A stretch of DNA of 64,000 nt from an uncultured Clostridia bacterium (GTDB lineage Bacteria > Bacillota_I > Bacilli_A > RF39 > UBA660). Shown here one piece after another: positions 10,110 through 19,995 of the stretch. Location: positions 17,133-81,132 of the forward strand of contig CAMVAF010000001.1 in the NCBI GenBank assembly GCA_947165365.1. Reading direction: 5' to 3'. Position 1 is the first letter of the stretch. Every line of letters begins with the position of its first letter. The notes under the pieces were generated by a model. The model saw only the letters and a list, made by a program, of their open reading frames with translations, had not been told where the DNA came from and searched no databases. Both the position numbers and the translations under genes were made by a program.

Positions 10110-11833
10110 TACATTTTCTCCACTTCATTAATTGCCAAAACATCTAATAAGTTATGAATTACTTGATAAACTAATTTAGATAACGCTAAATAAGTATTCT
10201 TTTTATTCTCATCTTTTTCATTTAAAACATTGTTATCATTATAAAATTTATTATATAAACTTAACACATCATAAATAAATTCTTCGATATAATTAAGTGT
10301 TGCATCCAAATAACTTCTTTCTAATATTTTACTTATTTCCAATATTTTGATTAATACTTCAGATACTTCTTTATTTGATAAATCAATAATACTATAATTA
10401 TCACTATTACTTTTCTTTAATAATGATTTAATTCTCACTAAAGAATACAAAACATAAGGACCTGTTTTACCATTAAGAGATGAAAATTCTTTAGGATTAA
10501 AAATATAATCTGTTTTTCTAAAAGATAACAAATCAGCATATTTTAAAGTTGCAATAGAAAGTGTATCTGCTATTTTTTCTCTTTCATCACCCTTTATTTC
10601 ATCCTTAATATTTTTTTCTATCTCATCTTTAATCAATGAAATAAGACTAGCTAAATCCATTACCTTACCATCTCTTGTTTTAAATGGTTTACCATCACTT
10701 CCATTAATTGTTCCAAAACCAAAATGTTTAAGTTTCACATTTTCATTTACAAGTCCCGTTTTATAACTAGCTCTTATGACCTGTTCAAAATAAAGTGACT
10801 GTCTCTCATCAGTAAAATACCATATTTCATCAGGATTAAATCTTTCAATTCTTCCAAGAATAGTACCCAAATCCCTTGTTCCATAAATAGATGACCCATC
10901 TTTTTTAATAACCATCAATGGTGGCATAGGTTTATTATCATCTTCCTTCATAACATCGCAAACTAAAGCACCTTCTGATTCATATAAATAAGGTTTCATT
11001 ATTTCTAAAACACGGGGAATATATTTAAAAGAATCCATTTCCCCTTCCCACAAATCAAAGTGACAGTTAAGTTTATCATATACCTTTTTAATTGATTCAC
11101 TAGATATTTCTACCATTTGATTCCATAAATTAACAAAACCTCTATTACCTTTTTCAATTTGTAAAGTAATATTACGAACTTCTTCCATACGCGAAGGATC
11201 TTCATTAGCAGCTAAAGAAGCCTTAGGATACATTATTCCTAAATCTTTATCAGTTAAATCAATTTTAGGATATTCTCCCTCATAACTAGAATCAAAAAAA
11301 ACACTATTAGGATACATTCTTTTATATTCTGATAAAAGCATTCCAGCTTGTCTTCCAAAATCTCCTAAGTGAACATCACCAATAACTTCCATTCCCAAAA
11401 GACGTAATAGTCTTTTAACTGCTTCACCAATATTAGCACTACGCATATGACCAACATGAAGAGATTTAGCAGCATTTGCACCACCATAATCAATAATTAT
11501 TTTTCTAGAATCCATTTTGTCATATAACATATCAAAATGATCAATTGCTTTATTAAAATAATTTTTTATAACATCATCACTAAAACTAAGATTAATAAAA
11601 CCAGCTCCTTGAATATTGACATTTATAAAACGGCTATCTAATCTACTAACAATTTTTTCAGATACTGCTCTTGGATTTTCATGATAAAGTTTAGCTATTG
11701 AAAAAGCAACATTTATTTGAAAATCACCAAATTCTTTTCTACCACTTGGAACTAGTTCAACCTTTTCAATATCATAACCTAAATCTTTAACCACATGTAA
11801 TAAATATTCTTCACTTTCCTTAATTAAGCTCAT
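10109..11833 (-). CDS. argS: Arginine--tRNA ligase
   Basis: The HIGH-type motif is SLHVGHMRS. It has a DALR-like C-terminal domain ending in -M and is 574 aa long. Confidence 0.88.
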   Translation of the reverse strand: MSLIKESEEYLLHVVKDLGYDIEKVELVPSGRKEFGDFQINVAFSIAKLYHENPRAVSEKIVSRLDSRFINVNIQGAGFINLSFSDDVIKNYFNKAIDHFDMLYDKMDSRKIIIDYGGANAAKSLHVGHMRSANIGEAVKRLLRLLGMEVIGDVHLGDFGRQAGMLLSEYKRMYPNSVFFDSSYEGEYPKIDLTDKDLGIMYPKASLAANEDPSRMEEVRNITLQIEKGNRGFVNLWNQMVEISSESIKKVYDKLNCHFDLWEGEMDSFKYIPRVLEIMKPYLYESEGALVCDVMKEDDNKPMPPLMVIKKDGSSIYGTRDLGTILGRIERFNPDEIWYFTDERQSLYFEQVIRASYKTGLVNENVKLKHFGFGTINGSDGKPFKTRDGKVMDLASLISLIKDEIEKNIKDEIKGDEREKIADTLSIATLKYADLLSFRKTDYIFNPKEFSSLNGKTGPYVLYSLVRIKSLLKKSNSDNYSIIDLSNKEVSEVLIKILEISKILERSYLDATLNYIEEFIYDVLSLYNKFYNDNNVLNEKDENKKNTYLALSKLVYQVIHNLLDVLAINEVEKM

Positions 11834-11941
11834 ATGCCCTCCAATTTGTTAATATTTTAACAAAAACTATATTTTAAGTCAATCAACATATAAAGTATAC
11901 TATCTTTTTTAAAAAAAATCTATCATTTTATTGATAGATAA

Positions 11942-12373
11942 TTAATTATATATTTTAATATTTCTTAAATTAATAATATTTTCTAAATTTCTAAAAACTT
12001 CTTGATAAGTACCCATTCCTTCTTTATAAAAATTTCTTATATAATATTCATTAATATTATAATCAACTATAGTTTCCTTTAATCTATGAAAATCTAATTC
12101 ATATTGACTTAAAGTATTATAATAATTAAAAGAATGAATTATATACGTATTGTCTGTTTTATCAAGATATATTACAAAATATCTTTTATAAATAGAATCC
12201 ATATCTTCTAAAACAATCCTTTCATTTGATAAAGGCATAATATTAAAACTTGTTTCTTTGATATCACCTTGATTATCATTATTTTTATTAATTAATAAAA
12301 TAAACGCTATAATAAAAATTATTATCGATAAAATGGATGTAAATATTTTTTTATTTCTTTTTTTTCTTGTCAT
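11942..12373 (-). CDS. Hypothetical membrane-anchored protein
   Basis: It has an N-terminal TM segment (IFTSILSIIIFIIAFILLI). I recognise no motif. Confidence 0.45.
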   Translation of the reverse strand: MTRKKRNKKIFTSILSIIIFIIAFILLINKNNDNQGDIKETSFNIMPLSNERIVLEDMDSIYKRYFVIYLDKTDNTYIIHSFNYYNTLSQYELDFHRLKETIVDYNINEYYIRNFYKEGMGTYQEVFRNLENIINLRNIKIYN

Positions 12374-12426
12374 ACTTCACCTATCTTTATCATTATACAA
12401 AAAATTTTATAAAAACTCAATGATTT

Positions 12427-13743
12427 TTATAAAACTCTTTTAATTAAAGCATTTAACTCAACAGCATATTCAAGAGGTAATTCTTGTCTAAAATTATCAA
12501 TAAAACCTAAAATAATTAATTCTTCTGCTTTTTCTCTAGGTATTCCCCTGCTCATTAAATACATTAAATTTTCTTCACTGATTTTGCTAACAGTTGCCTC
12601 ATGAATAATATTACTACTATTATTTTCATTAATATTTACAGGATATGTATCACTTTTACTCATATCATCAAGAATTAGACTATCACATCTTACAAAACTT
12701 TCACTATTAGTAGCACTTTTTTTGATATCTACTTTACCACGATATGTAGCATTACCACCATTTTTAGCAATAGAACTTGAAATAATTTTGCTTTTAGTAT
12801 TTTTACCAAGATGAATCATTCTTGATCCTGTATCTTGAAATTGCCCTTTAGATCCAACACTAATAGTTATACAAACACCACTAGAATTATCGCCTTTTAA
12901 AATACATGCTGGGTATTTCATCGTTTTAAAACTACCAATATTACCATCAATCCACTCCATCTTAGCATTTTTTTCTACTAAAGCTCTTTTGGTAACTAAA
13001 TTATAAACATTATTAGCCCAATTTTGAACTGTCGAATACCTACAAGTACTATTTTCTCCGACATATATTTCAACAACAGCTGCATGAAGAGAAGATGATG
13101 TATATTCAGGAGCAGTACATCCTTCAATGTAATGAAGAGAACTATCATGATCAACAATAATTAAGCTTCTTTCAAATTGCCCCATATTCATAGAATTTAT
13201 TCGAAAATAACTTTGAAGTGGTCTTGATAAATTTGTATATGGAGGAATATAGATAAAACTACCTCCAGAAAACACCGCTCCATTTAATGCTGCAAATTTA
13301 TTATCATGATTACTTACTATTTTTCCAAAATATTTTTTTACTAACTCTGGATATTTTTTTATCGCTTCATCAATTGATGTAAAAATCACATTTTTTTCTT
13401 CCAATTCTCGAATCATATTATGATAAATCATTTCACTTTCATATTGTACACCAAGACCATCCATTTTTTTCTCACTATTAATAACACCCAAATTATCTAA
13501 TTCTTCTTTAACAGAACATGATATCTTATTCCAATCATTAGATAAAGCATCACTATTACTTTTATAATAAATAATATTATCATAATTCAATTCAATTTCA
13601 GGACCAAAATTAGGATTATCTAATTCATTAAAAATACGATAACTATCTAATCGATATTTTTTAAAATAATCTTCCTCTTGTTTAATTTTTGATATTTCTT
13701 CAACATTCTTTTTATTTAATCCTTTAATCTCCACGATGTTCAC
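12427..13743 (-). CDS. sufB: Fe-S cluster assembly protein SufB
   Basis: HYIEGCTAPEYTSSSLHAAVVEIY and HEATVSKISEENLMYLMSRGIPREKAEELIILGF are SufB hallmarks. Confidence 0.85.
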   Translation of the reverse strand: MNIVEIKGLNKKNVEEISKIKQEEDYFKKYRLDSYRIFNELDNPNFGPEIELNYDNIIYYKSNSDALSNDWNKISCSVKEELDNLGVINSEKKMDGLGVQYESEMIYHNMIRELEEKNVIFTSIDEAIKKYPELVKKYFGKIVSNHDNKFAALNGAVFSGGSFIYIPPYTNLSRPLQSYFRINSMNMGQFERSLIIVDHDSSLHYIEGCTAPEYTSSSLHAAVVEIYVGENSTCRYSTVQNWANNVYNLVTKRALVEKNAKMEWIDGNIGSFKTMKYPACILKGDNSSGVCITISVGSKGQFQDTGSRMIHLGKNTKSKIISSSIAKNGGNATYRGKVDIKKSATNSESFVRCDSLILDDMSKSDTYPVNINENNSSNIIHEATVSKISEENLMYLMSRGIPREKAEELIILGFIDNFRQELPLEYAVELNALIKRVL

Positions 13744-14734
13744 TTTCTTTCTTTTTGCATATTCTTTTTCTTTTAATTTTAATCCATATTTCGGTTATTA
13801 AAAAATCAAATAATAATGATACAAGAAAACTAATAATTAATATCACTAACATTGTAAGAACAACATTAAGCGCTTTAATATCAAACAAGTTAATAGTATC
13901 TAAATCTTTAATTAAAAATATTAATAAAATATTAATAATAGTTATAACAATTGCATATATACTAGCTTCTTTAACATATCTTGTAAATCTTTTTTTCTTA
14001 CTTTCAACTTGCAAATAAAAATTATTTTCATTAGCTAAATTAACTCTATATTTTCGAAAAATATTCTTAAAAAAATTAGTAAATTTATTTTGTTTTTTAC
14101 TCTTATCTTCTAATGTTTTTTCTTCTTTTATCTCTTCCTTTTTAGGTAATGTTTCATCTTCTTTATTAATTTCATTTAATTCTATTTTTTCCTGCGTTTT
14201 TACTTTAGTAGTACGATACCTTTGTTGTGCTTTTTCATATTTTTTTCGATTAATTTCTTTTTGTGTTAATTTTTTAGGGACAATATCAGTTGTATTAGAT
14301 AACTTTTTAGGTTCTATTATTCCTGTATTATCTAAATCATTTACTTTATCTTTTAAAATAGTTTCTTCTTCATTTTTTACAGATTGCTTCTTAACTTTTT
14401 TTATAGGTATTTTAGTATTTGTTTTATCAAGAATATTATCATTTATTTTTACCTCATCCTCGATTGTTAAAATTTTTTTAGGAGTCTTGCTTGTTTTTTT
14501 TGTTGCTTTTTTTATTTCAATCGAATCTTCTAGTACAAGAACTTTTTTTGATTTATTGCTTTTTGGTAAAGGGTTTTTATTTACTTTTTTAGAAGTTACC
14601 GTTTTACTCGTTGCTTTTTTAGTAGTAGTTTTACTTCCTTTACTTTTAGATTCTACTTTATTATTAACCTTTGATTTTCTTTCAGCAGTATTTTTCTTTT
14701 TATTATTATCCATATTATCCCTCTTTTCGTCCAT
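13724..14734 (-). CDS. Lys-rich low-complexity protein with C-terminal TM segments
   Basis: The N-terminus has long K/T/S-rich tracts (KKKNTAERKSKVNNKVESKSKGSK...). The C-terminus has two hydrophobic helices. It overlaps the sufB start by 20 nt. Confidence 0.5.
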   Translation of the reverse strand: MDEKRDNMDNNKKKNTAERKSKVNNKVESKSKGSKTTTKKATSKTVTSKKVNKNPLPKSNKSKKVLVLEDSIEIKKATKKTSKTPKKILTIEDEVKINDNILDKTNTKIPIKKVKKQSVKNEEETILKDKVNDLDNTGIIEPKKLSNTTDIVPKKLTQKEINRKKYEKAQQRYRTTKVKTQEKIELNEINKEDETLPKKEEIKEEKTLEDKSKKQNKFTNFFKNIFRKYRVNLANENNFYLQVESKKKRFTRYVKEASIYAIVITIINILLIFLIKDLDTINLFDIKALNVVLTMLVILIISFLVSLLFDFLITEIWIKIKRKRICKKKESEHRGD

Positions 14735-14760
14735 TTATATTATAAAATAAAACTTTAGAA

Positions 14761-14789
14761 TTGACAAGAAAAAAAACAAGTGTTATACT
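14761..14789 (+). promoter_or_regulatory. Sigma-A-type promoter of tRNA-Trp
   Basis: TTGACA (14761-14766), a 17-nt spacer, then TATACT (14784-14789), about 10 nt before the tRNA 5' end. Confidence 0.6.
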
Positions 14790-14799
14790 TATTTCTCGT

Positions 14800-14873
14800 A
14801 GGGGATTAGTTAAATGGTATAATAATGGTCTCCAAAACCACTGTTGGGAGTTCGATTCTCTCATCCCCTGCCA
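14800..14873 (+). tRNA. trnW: tRNA-Trp (anticodon CCA)
   Basis: AGGGGAT...ATCCCCT acceptor stem, anticodon loop CUCCAAA (CCA at 14832-14834), T-arm GGGAG-TTCGATT-CTCTC and an encoded CCA end. It is 74 nt and closely resembles B. subtilis tRNA-Trp. Confidence 0.93.
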
Positions 14874-14886
14874 TTTGAATATTAAA

Positions 14887-14915
14887 AACACTAACAATCA
14901 AGTTAGTGTTTTTTC
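14887..14915 (+). terminator. Rho-independent terminator of tRNA-Trp
   Basis: AACACTAAC-aatcaa-GTTAGTGTT followed by TTTT. Confidence 0.6.
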
Positions 14916-14928
14916 ATATTAATCTATG

Positions 14929-15153
14929 CTATCTAATTTTTCTATTTAATAAATATTGTATTTGTTCAATACTTCTTTTAGTACCATATTCATCATACAT
15001 ATATCGTAACATAATCATTGGATTAAAAATACCATAATCAAAGAAAACTTTTATACCATCATCCCCAACCATTGTACGTGTTTTCTTTACTAAATTAGAT
15101 ATTTGTTCAATAGTTCTTCTATTTCCTTTATTATCAAAAATAAATTCTTGCAT
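14929..15153 (-). CDS. Hypothetical protein (74 aa from first ATG; frame is open a further 41 codons upstream)
   Basis: This is the ORF-track ORF. The same frame is open from the TAG stop of the upstream gene (15277-15279) to this ATG, with no canonical start (see findings). Confidence 0.35.
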   Translation of the reverse strand: MQEFIFDNKGNRRTIEQISNLVKKTRTMVGDDGIKVFFDYGIFNPMIMLRYMYDEYGTKRSIEQIQYLLNRKIR

Positions 15154-15276
15154 GATATTAGGATCATTCCATCCAATACTATAAAATAATTTTAATTCAT
15201 CTACTGTATACCCTTCTTTATATACTTTAAATATACTACATTTTATATAAGCATCTTTCTTATTAATAATTAATAA

Positions 15277-17742
15277 CTATTTCCATTCACTACATGATGT
15301 TGAACCAGAATAATTAATTGTACATTTAACACCAAGTTTGTCTGTTCCTCCTGTATATAATTGTTTAGTTTTATTTAATTTATAGTAATATGATGATGAT
15401 TTAAGGAATGAATTGGAAGTAATAGATATAGAAGGCATTATAGCATATACACCACTTCTATTTAAATTAAGAGTCTTTAAAGCATCTAAAGAATTATTAA
15501 TTCCATGATGTGATTGTTGATATATTGTAATATACTTAATATTATCTCCTAATTTAGCTTTAATTGCTTTAGCAACATTCGTTTCTGATGCTACTTTAAC
15601 ACGTGGAAGCATAGTTGTAAATTTCTTTAAAGATGTATCATACTTTAAATTTTCATAAACTATTTGCGTCCCAGGTCCATAAATTGATTCACCTAAAGTA
15701 AATCCATATCCATTATTATCCAAATCTCCTGGAAAATACATATGCTTATTACTACCAGGTGTCTCTACAGAAGCTAAAACTGCTACAGAGTTTGCATTAG
15801 CATTACAAGGAACAACCTCTGCTGCCGATCCATCATCTTCTTCTTTTAAACAAGCATAAAAATATCTATTCATACCAGTACCACTTTTTTGTTCTGGTAA
15901 AGTTTTGGAATAATATAATTTAACATTAGGAAATGTACTACCATCAAAATAAGCATAATATCCACCAATTTTATCTGCATCACTTTTACTTGCGGTATAT
16001 CTAATGCTATATCCAGCTTTACCACTACATTCACTACTTTTATTTTTATAAACATCGTCTACATTATACAAATACATATGAAGATAATCTCCAACATTAA
16101 TTTTGTGTCCCTCTTTTAAATTATTGGTTGTTATTAATGTAGCGCCATTCAAATTTTTAGATATATTATTATAAACTTTTGGACTTAAACTTTCTTTTTT
16201 TACAACAACATTTTTTACAGAAATTTTACTATCATTAAGAATATTAAGAACATTTCCTGCATGATCTGAATGAGAATGAGATATAACCATATAATCAATT
16301 ACAACTGTTGATTTATTTTGTAATGCTTTTAATTGCGTATAAATATTATTTTTTATCTTAATATCATTAAAACCAGTATCATATAAAACATACTTATTAT
16401 CTCTTGTTTTAATAATAATCGCTTCACCATTAGATTTAGTATTAGTTGTATATTTAGAATTATTATGAACATTAATAAAATACACATTAACAATATCTTT
16501 GGTATTATTTACTAAAACTTTACAAGTTGCTGTCTTTCCATTATTTGATTTTGCTGTTATTGTTATAACACCTGCTTTTAATCCTTTTACAACTCCTTTA
16601 TTACTTACCGTTGCAACACTCGTATTACTACTTGTCCAAGTTATTGTTTTATCAGTAGCATTAGATGGAGATACGGTAGCTGTTATATTTAATGTATCTC
16701 CAACATTAATTGTCTTATTGGTTGTAGAAAGAGTAATCCCTGTTACAGCAATAGTTTTTTTAGTTACAGTTACATTACATGTTGCTGTCTTTCCATTATT
16801 TGATTTCGCTGTTATTGTTACTGTTCCTTCTTTTATTCCTGTTACTTCTCCCTTACTATTAACGCTTGCAATACTTGTATTAGAACTTGTCCATGTTACT
16901 GTTTTATTACTAGCATTTGTTGGATTAATTGTTGCTGTTAATATTAATTTATTATCTACTTCAATAGATGCACTCGCTTTATCTAAAGTTATCCCTGTTA
17001 CATTTACTGTTGTATTTGTCGTTGTTTGTTTAGTTACAGTTACTTTACATGTTGCCGTCTTTCCATTATTTGATTTCGCTGTTATTGTTGCAACTCCTTC
17101 TTTTAGTCCTTTTATTAATCCATTACCTACTATTACGATACTTGTATCACTACTTGTCCATGTTACTGTTTTATTACTAGCATTAGAAGGATTTACTACA
17201 ACATTTAATGATAATCCTTCATTTACCTTTATTGTAGCACTACTAGGTATACTTATGGATGTTACTTCAACCGTTTGATTACTATTTGGTTTTGGTGTTA
17301 TCGTTGGGGTATTTGGTTTAGGTGTTACTACCGGATTACTTGGTTTTACTGTAGGTGTTGGTGTTAACGTTGGAGTATTTGGTTTAGGAGTTACTACTGG
17401 ATTACCTGGTTTTGCTGTAGGTGTTGGAGATATAGTTGTTTCATCCTTTTCATATACTGCAGTTATTTTAATACTTCCATCTATTTCTTCATTAATATCA
17501 AATTCTTTTCCATTATATTCCCAATACTTAAACGTATATCCTTCTTTATATGGAGCTTCTGGTAAACTACTTATTTTATTCTCTTCTTTAGTTAATTTAA
17601 CCTCTTCATATACTTTATTATCTACCATATATGTTACACTAATATTATTACTTTTATTTCCTATATTAAAAGCAAAATATCCACTGACACCTATTAATAT
17701 TATTAATATAACACTTGATAATGCCCTTAAATTTTCTTTCAT
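15277..17742 (-). CDS. Surface protein: signal anchor, Listeria-Bacteroides (Flg_new) repeat, P/T linker, 3x Big_2 Ig-like domains, metallo-beta-lactamase-fold domain
   Basis: YTFKYWEYNGKEFD (Flg_new-like), PTPTAKPGNPVVTPKPNTPT linker, three VTWTSS.TS...ITAKSNNGKTATC repeats and the MBL motif ISHSHSDHAGN. Confidence 0.75.
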   Translation of the reverse strand: MKENLRALSSVILIILIGVSGYFAFNIGNKSNNISVTYMVDNKVYEEVKLTKEENKISSLPEAPYKEGYTFKYWEYNGKEFDINEEIDGSIKITAVYEKDETTISPTPTAKPGNPVVTPKPNTPTLTPTPTVKPSNPVVTPKPNTPTITPKPNSNQTVEVTSISIPSSATIKVNEGLSLNVVVNPSNASNKTVTWTSSDTSIVIVGNGLIKGLKEGVATITAKSNNGKTATCKVTVTKQTTTNTTVNVTGITLDKASASIEVDNKLILTATINPTNASNKTVTWTSSNTSIASVNSKGEVTGIKEGTVTITAKSNNGKTATCNVTVTKKTIAVTGITLSTTNKTINVGDTLNITATVSPSNATDKTITWTSSNTSVATVSNKGVVKGLKAGVITITAKSNNGKTATCKVLVNNTKDIVNVYFINVHNNSKYTTNTKSNGEAIIIKTRDNKYVLYDTGFNDIKIKNNIYTQLKALQNKSTVVIDYMVISHSHSDHAGNVLNILNDSKISVKNVVVKKESLSPKVYNNISKNLNGATLITTNNLKEGHKINVGDYLHMYLYNVDDVYKNKSSECSGKAGYSIRYTASKSDADKIGGYYAYFDGSTFPNVKLYYSKTLPEQKSGTGMNRYFYACLKEEDDGSAAEVVPCNANANSVAVLASVETPGSNKHMYFPGDLDNNGYGFTLGESIYGPGTQIVYENLKYDTSLKKFTTMLPRVKVASETNVAKAIKAKLGDNIKYITIYQQSHHGINNSLDALKTLNLNRSGVYAIMPSISITSNSFLKSSSYYYKLNKTKQLYTGGTDKLGVKCTINYSGSTSCSEWK

Positions 17743-17795
17743 TTTTTCACCTACTATCTTTTATAAATTTATCATATTTTACTATATTTTTCAAG
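16775..17795. repeat. Segmental duplication, copy A (5' coding region + promoter region of the Big_2/MBL paralogs)
   Basis: It aligns with 19015..19995. The offset is exactly 2200 nt over about 17400-17742 / 19600-19942, with only scattered mismatches and an indel in the P/T linker. Confidence 0.85.
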
Positions 17796-17860
17796 ATTTT
17801 ATTATGAATAAAATACTAAAAAAATCTTTCTTTTACATTTTAGAAGAAAGATTTTTATTA

Positions 17861-19942
17861 TTATTTATAATTAGTACATACACCATTTGAATCAAATTTA
17901 TATGATTTGCCATCAATGGTTGTTGTTGTATTAGATACCATACAACCATTTCCTTTAAAGTAGAACCAATCGGTTCCACCAGACCAATTTAATTTTTTCC
18001 AACCAGTAACTGCATACTTGTCCTTATAATAATGCCAACAACTACCTGACCAATACCAACCATCATTAAAAGAACAATAAGTAGAATTTTGGATTTTAAC
18101 ATTAGATCCGCTTTGGTCTTTGATGGTATAACCATTACTATTAAATGTTGCAACAATAGCATCCGTAACTGAACCTGTTATATATATTTTGGCAACAGGA
18201 TTAACTGATACTGCATAACAAATACGATCTACCGCTTTAACAGAATTATTACTAACTACTAACACTTCTGGTTTCAATTTATCTAAAAATGTCCCACAAG
18301 TTGATGTTGAAATACTGTGATGACCAACTTTTAATATATTAACTTTTCCTATTTTTGCAGCCACTCTTCTTTCATCATTATCTTCAATATCTGATGCCAA
18401 TAACGCTTTTGAGCCATTTTTATGTGTGATTAATTGGATAATAGAATTTGAATTTTCTCCCCATGCAACACCACCCTTTAATTCATCACTACTTACACTT
18501 GCAGTATTCATAAGTTTTACCGTAAAATCATAAAAATTAAAACTCGTATCTTTATTTGTAATTTCTTTCATTTGTGCTCCTGCATTTTTCATTGCATTAT
18601 ATGCACGATTATAATACCCTCTATTATCCCAATCAGGATTATCACTATCATCAGTTGTTGTTACATATTTTCGATAATAATATTTAGTATTAGAATTAAC
18701 AAAAACATCAGCAATTTTTGGCATACCTCCTATATGATCAGAATGCGAATGGGTTCCAACTACAAATTCCAATTTTCCTTTACAACTACTTCCACTACAC
18801 CCAGTCAACTTTTTCAAATAGGTAACAACATGTTGAACAGAATTTGTAGAACTATCACTAGAATATGATGTCCCATCTTTATATGGATTTGATGAATCAA
18901 CAAGTCCAAAATGACCACAACTTTCTACAATAAAAGCATCAGAAGCACCTGTTCTCACAAAGTGAATTTTACTATCTTTACAACTTGAACTTGTAGTTTT
19001 AGCATTTACTGTTACTCTACATGTTGCCGTCTTTCCATTATTTGACTTTGCTGTTATTGTTACTGTTCCTTCTTTTATTCCTGTTACTTCTCCCTTACTA
19101 TTAACACTTGCAATACTTGTATTAGAACTTGTCCATGTTACTGTTTTATTACTTGCATTTGTGGGATTAATTGTTGCGGTTAATATTAATTTTTTACCTA
19201 CTTCAATAGATGAACTTGTATTATCTAAAGTTATTCCTGTTACATCTACTGTTATGTTTGTCGTTGTTTGTTTAGTTACCGTTACTTCACATGTTGCTGT
19301 CTTTCCATTATTTGATTTCGATGTTATTGTTGCAACTCCTTCTTTTACTCCTTTTATTAATCCATTACTTACTATTACGATACTTGTATCACTACTTGTC
19401 CATGTTACTGTTTTATTACTAGCATTAGAAGGATTTACTACAACATTTAATGATAATCCTTCATTTACTTTTATTGTAGCACTACTTGGTATACTTATTG
19501 ATGTTACCTCAACCGTTTGATTACTATTTGGTTTTGGTGTTGCCACTGGACTACTTGGTTTTACTGTAGGTGTTGTATTTGGTTTAGGAGTTACCACTGG
19601 ATTACTTGGTTTTGCTGTAGGTGTTGGAGATATAGTTGTTTCATCCTTTTCATATACTGCAGTTATTTTAATACTTCCATCTATTTCTTCATTAATATCA
19701 AATTCTTTTCCATTATATTCCCAATACTTAAACGTATATCCTTCTTTATATGGAGCTTCTGGTAAACTACTTATTTTATTCTCTTCTTTAGTTAATTTAA
19801 CCTCTTCATATACTTTATTATCTACCATATATGTTACACTAATATTATTACTTTTATTTCCTATATTAAAAGCAAAATATCCACTGACACCTATTAATAT
19901 TATTAATATAACACTTGATAATGCCCTTAAATTGTCTTTCAT
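17861..19942 (-). CDS. Paralogous surface protein: same N-terminus, 2x Big_2, MBL-fold domain, C-terminal cell-wall-binding (CW_binding-like) repeats
   Basis: The N-terminal ~110 aa are nearly identical to 15277..17742. MBL motif GTHSHSDHIGG. The C-terminus reads GWKKLNWSGGTDWFYFKGNGCMVSN..IDGKSYKFDSNGV. The ORF-track GTG start at 19951 overlaps the AGGTG RBS, so I prefer ATG 19942. Confidence 0.75.
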   Translation of the reverse strand: MKDNLRALSSVILIILIGVSGYFAFNIGNKSNNISVTYMVDNKVYEEVKLTKEENKISSLPEAPYKEGYTFKYWEYNGKEFDINEEIDGSIKITAVYEKDETTISPTPTAKPSNPVVTPKPNTTPTVKPSSPVATPKPNSNQTVEVTSISIPSSATIKVNEGLSLNVVVNPSNASNKTVTWTSSDTSIVIVSNGLIKGVKEGVATITSKSNNGKTATCEVTVTKQTTTNITVDVTGITLDNTSSSIEVGKKLILTATINPTNASNKTVTWTSSNTSIASVNSKGEVTGIKEGTVTITAKSNNGKTATCRVTVNAKTTSSSCKDSKIHFVRTGASDAFIVESCGHFGLVDSSNPYKDGTSYSSDSSTNSVQHVVTYLKKLTGCSGSSCKGKLEFVVGTHSHSDHIGGMPKIADVFVNSNTKYYYRKYVTTTDDSDNPDWDNRGYYNRAYNAMKNAGAQMKEITNKDTSFNFYDFTVKLMNTASVSSDELKGGVAWGENSNSIIQLITHKNGSKALLASDIEDNDERRVAAKIGKVNILKVGHHSISTSTCGTFLDKLKPEVLVVSNNSVKAVDRICYAVSVNPVAKIYITGSVTDAIVATFNSNGYTIKDQSGSNVKIQNSTYCSFNDGWYWSGSCWHYYKDKYAVTGWKKLNWSGGTDWFYFKGNGCMVSNTTTTIDGKSYKFDSNGVCTNYK

Positions 19943-19995
19943 ATTTATCACCTACTATCTTCTATAAATTTATCATATTTTACTTTGTTTTTCAA
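19015..19995. repeat. Segmental duplication, copy B
   Basis: See copy A. The upstream untranslated region (ACCTACTATCTT.TATAAATTTATCATATTTTACT) is also shared. Confidence 0.85.

Noticed and set aside
14715-14897. A 60-aa minus-strand ORF overlaps tRNA-Trp. I also considered the tRNA as the integration site of an adjacent island.
   Set aside because: The ORF is antisense to a well-formed tRNA and is spurious. I found no duplicated tRNA 3' end, integrase or direct repeat flanking 14874-20137 that would define an island.
16499-17278. A 259-aa plus-strand ORF, with similar ones at 19161..19520, 19517..19765 and 18572..18868, lies inside the Big_2/MBL genes.
   Set aside because: They lie antisense to or out of frame with strongly supported minus-strand genes. 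Their sequences are low-complexity V/L/F/T strings produced by reading the Thr/Val-rich repeats backwards. No RBS or motif is present.
15277-19951. Regularly spaced ~270-nt DNA repeats might be a CRISPR-like or satellite array.
   Set aside because: They are in-frame Big_2 domain repeats within coding sequence. The repeat length and the absence of unique spacers are incompatible with CRISPR.
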